Positions 62,413 to 64,000 of a stretch of DNA of 64,000 nucleotides are shown here, piece by piece. Within the stretch, counting starts at the first letter, position 1; every line of letters begins with the position of its first letter. The stretch spans positions 16,769 through 80,768 of the forward strand of contig JACQKQ010000012.1 of NCBI GenBank assembly GCA_016204465.1, written 5' to 3'. The translations under genes were made by a program, and so were the position numbers. Origin of the DNA: Candidatus Levyibacteriota bacterium (GTDB taxonomy: Bacteria > Patescibacteriota > Microgenomatia > Levybacterales > UBA12049). The notes under the pieces were generated by a model. The model saw nothing but the letters and a program-made list of their open reading frames with translations. It was not told the DNA's origin and made no database searches.

Positions 62413-63871
62413 AACAATCCCCATTCTACTCCTACTTCTTTTCCTATTTTCGCGATTATACAATCTCACTTTACTTCCAATTTTTACCGATGAGTCAATT
62501 TATATTTACTGGGCAAAGTATATTGCGGTACACAATTCAAATTTTTTCATTTCACTTACCGATGGAAAGCCGCCGCTTTTCATTTGGATAATCACCCTGT
62601 TTGTCAAAATTTTTCCATCAACGTGGTATCTTGTTGCAGGCAGATTTGTTTCGGTGCTTGCCGGTGCCATCACCTTATTTGGCATGTATAAACTCTCACT
62701 GCTTCTTTTTAAATCACAGAGAATTGCATTGACAGCCGCATTTTTGGGGATCATCAATTCATTCATGCTCTTCTATGATCGCTTGGCACTTTACGATTCG
62801 TTTCTTTCTGCGATGCTAATTTGGGGTGTATATTTTGCGCTTAGAACTTCACAAACATTAAGAAAACGTGATGCTTTTTTGTGGGGACTGTTTTTAGGAT
62901 TAGCGCTTTTAACAAAACCGCCGGCAATTATTTTTTTATTCCTTACTCCAATTTGTTTTCTACTTGTTTCTAAGAAAAAGAATTTCATACTTCCTGCGAG
63001 TGCAGTAATCATTGGAGTATTTATGCAGAGTATTCAAAAACTTTCAGAGAACTTTCAAAAAATTCAGACAAAGAACGAGCAGTTTCAGCTTCCTTTCGCT
63101 ATATTACTCACAAGTCCGTTTCTTATGTTTGGAAAAAATATTGCTGAAATTGCACAATGGATGATTGCTTACTATACTCTGCCGTTTTTCGTTTTTGGTG
63201 TTATTGCTATTCTTTTTCTGTTCTACAAAAACAAAACAAACGGTGCTATCTTATTGCTACTTTGGTTGGTACCAATTTTTATTTTTGCATTTGTCGGAAA
63301 AATTATTTTTCCCCGATACATTTTATTCACAACGCCGTATTTTCTTATTGCTTGCGCATTTGCAGTCGAGCTTTTGTTCTTTAGCAAATATCTCAATGTA
63401 TTGTTGAAAGTTATTGTGGCTGTTGTTCTGTTTTTTTTAATGCTTCGTTTTGATTATTATATCCTCACGAATCCTTCATTCGCGCCGTTTCCTAAGGCCG
63501 AATATAATCAATACATTTCCGGTAAACCTTCGGGTTACGGACTTGATGAGGTGTTTGCTTTTTTAGAGAAAGAGCTTGATCAAGGCCCTCGCATTACACT
63601 TGTAACGCAGGGAAAATTTGGCCTTTTTCCTTATGCGTTTATGCTCAAATACTGGGGTGACAAACGAATCGAAGTTATGCCAAGCTGGATTCCAGAAAAG
63701 CACGACTTTGATTTGTATGCGCTTTCGAAATCAAGTAAGGTGTATGTTGTTTTTTGGGAAGAAAAGATAATACCGAAAGACTTGCCGCTTCGTCTTGTTC
63801 TAGAGGCGAAAAAACCCAGTAGTGAACACTCAATATTACTCACGGCATTGGAGGATTGGAAAAGTGAATAA
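62402..63871 (+). CDS. GT39/ArnT-like membrane glycosyltransferase
   Basis: About 12 TM helices and an early FTDESIYIYWA loop (DE motif) typical of the PMT/ArnT family. The ATG at 62402 overlaps the lysS stop region. Confidence 0.7.
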   Translation: MKFRTIPILLLLLFLFSRLYNLTLLPIFTDESIYIYWAKYIAVHNSNFFISLTDGKPPLFIWIITLFVKIFPSTWYLVAGRFVSVLAGAITLFGMYKLSLLLFKSQRIALTAAFLGIINSFMLFYDRLALYDSFLSAMLIWGVYFALRTSQTLRKRDAFLWGLFLGLALLTKPPAIIFLFLTPICFLLVSKKKNFILPASAVIIGVFMQSIQKLSENFQKIQTKNEQFQLPFAILLTSPFLMFGKNIAEIAQWMIAYYTLPFFVFGVIAILFLFYKNKTNGAILLLLWLVPIFIFAFVGKIIFPRYILFTTPYFLIACAFAVELLFFSKYLNVLLKVIVAVVLFFLMLRFDYYILTNPSFAPFPKAEYNQYISGKPSGYGLDEVFAFLEKELDQGPRITLVTQGKFGLFPYAFMLKYWGDKRIEVMPSWIPEKHDFDLYALSKSSKVYVVFWEEKIIPKDLPLRLVLEAKKPSSEHSILLTALEDWKSE

Positions 63872-64000
63872 GATTCTCATTGGGTCTTACAACAAAGGAA
63901 AGCAACAGGAGATAAAAATTTTTTTATCTCCGCCAGCTGGCGGACTGCCTTTGCATTTTATTTTTCCGCAGGATTTAGGTATTACAGAAGATGTTGAAGA
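63864..64000 (+). CDS. rdgB: Non-canonical purine NTP pyrophosphatase RdgB/HAM1 (5' part; runs off window; GTG start)
   Basis: Hand translation gives VNKILIGSYNKGKQQEIKIFLSPPAGGLPLHFIFPQDLGITEDVE. SYNKGKQQE matches the T/S-x-N-x-GK-x-x-E N-terminal motif. Confidence 0.6.
   Translation, partial: MNKILIGSYNKGKQQEIKIFLSPPAGGLPLHFIFPQDLGITEDVE
63929..63944. repeat. Perfect 16-nt GC palindrome TCCGCCAGCTGGCGGA inside rdgB
   Basis: Shares its arms (TCCGCC/GGCGGA) with the hairpin at 33753-33769. Encodes SPPAGG in frame. Confidence 0.8.

Noticed and set aside
1-64000. Alternative genetic code (UGA recoding, as in some CPR lineages)
   Set aside because: TGA terminates well-defined genes at conserved lengths (for example rplX at 20270-20272), and conserved proteins read through without in-frame TGA. 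The standard bacterial code fits.

Overview
This is a gene-dense window of moderately low GC from a small-genome bacterium. It is most consistent with the Candidate Phyla Radiation / Patescibacteria, possibly Microgenomates-like. That placement is an inference from four observations: no L30 gene between rpsE and rplO, a class I LysRS, archaeal-type CoA enzymes, and many extended ribosomal-protein tails. The genetic code is standard, with TGA used as stop. Gene order: the 3' part of rpoC; a fragmented str operon (rpsL-rpsG ... fusA ... tuf) interrupted by accessory genes; an essentially complete S10-spc-alpha ribosomal superoperon (rpsJ through rplQ, including secY, adk, map, infA, rpmJ, rpoA); then rplM-rpsI. 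Next comes an AT-rich accessory stretch holding a Bro-N/DinD-like gene, a frameshifted XRE HTH pseudogene, a TPR membrane protein and a GIY-YIG gene, ending at tRNA-Pro(GGG). After that: recA; a four-gene restriction-modification island inserted between recA and recX; rny; hup; an ABC-2 transporter; RNase P RNA; a helicase-nuclease; rmuC; tsaD; a fused PPAT-DUF359 CoA enzyme; greA; murB; class I lysS; a GT39-like glycosyltransferase; and the start of rdgB. The most unusual signal is non-genic. A dispersed family of AT-rich heptamer-period repeats builds imperfect palindromic leaders directly upstream of start codons that lack a Shine-Dalgarno (SD) sequence (rpsL, fusA, infA, rpsD, rplQ, an ABC ATPase). 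The same repeats also occur in frame inside conserved genes (tsaD, nadE, map, rplD, rplV, rplX, a PIG-L deacetylase, the helicase). The fusA and infA leaders are recognisably homologous to each other. Two GC-rich hairpin families accompany it: CTGAG-N5-CGAAG next to GIY-YIG/tRNA-Pro, and TCCGCC-loop-GGCGGA. All calls rest on reading the sequence and ORF translations by eye; no database search was run.
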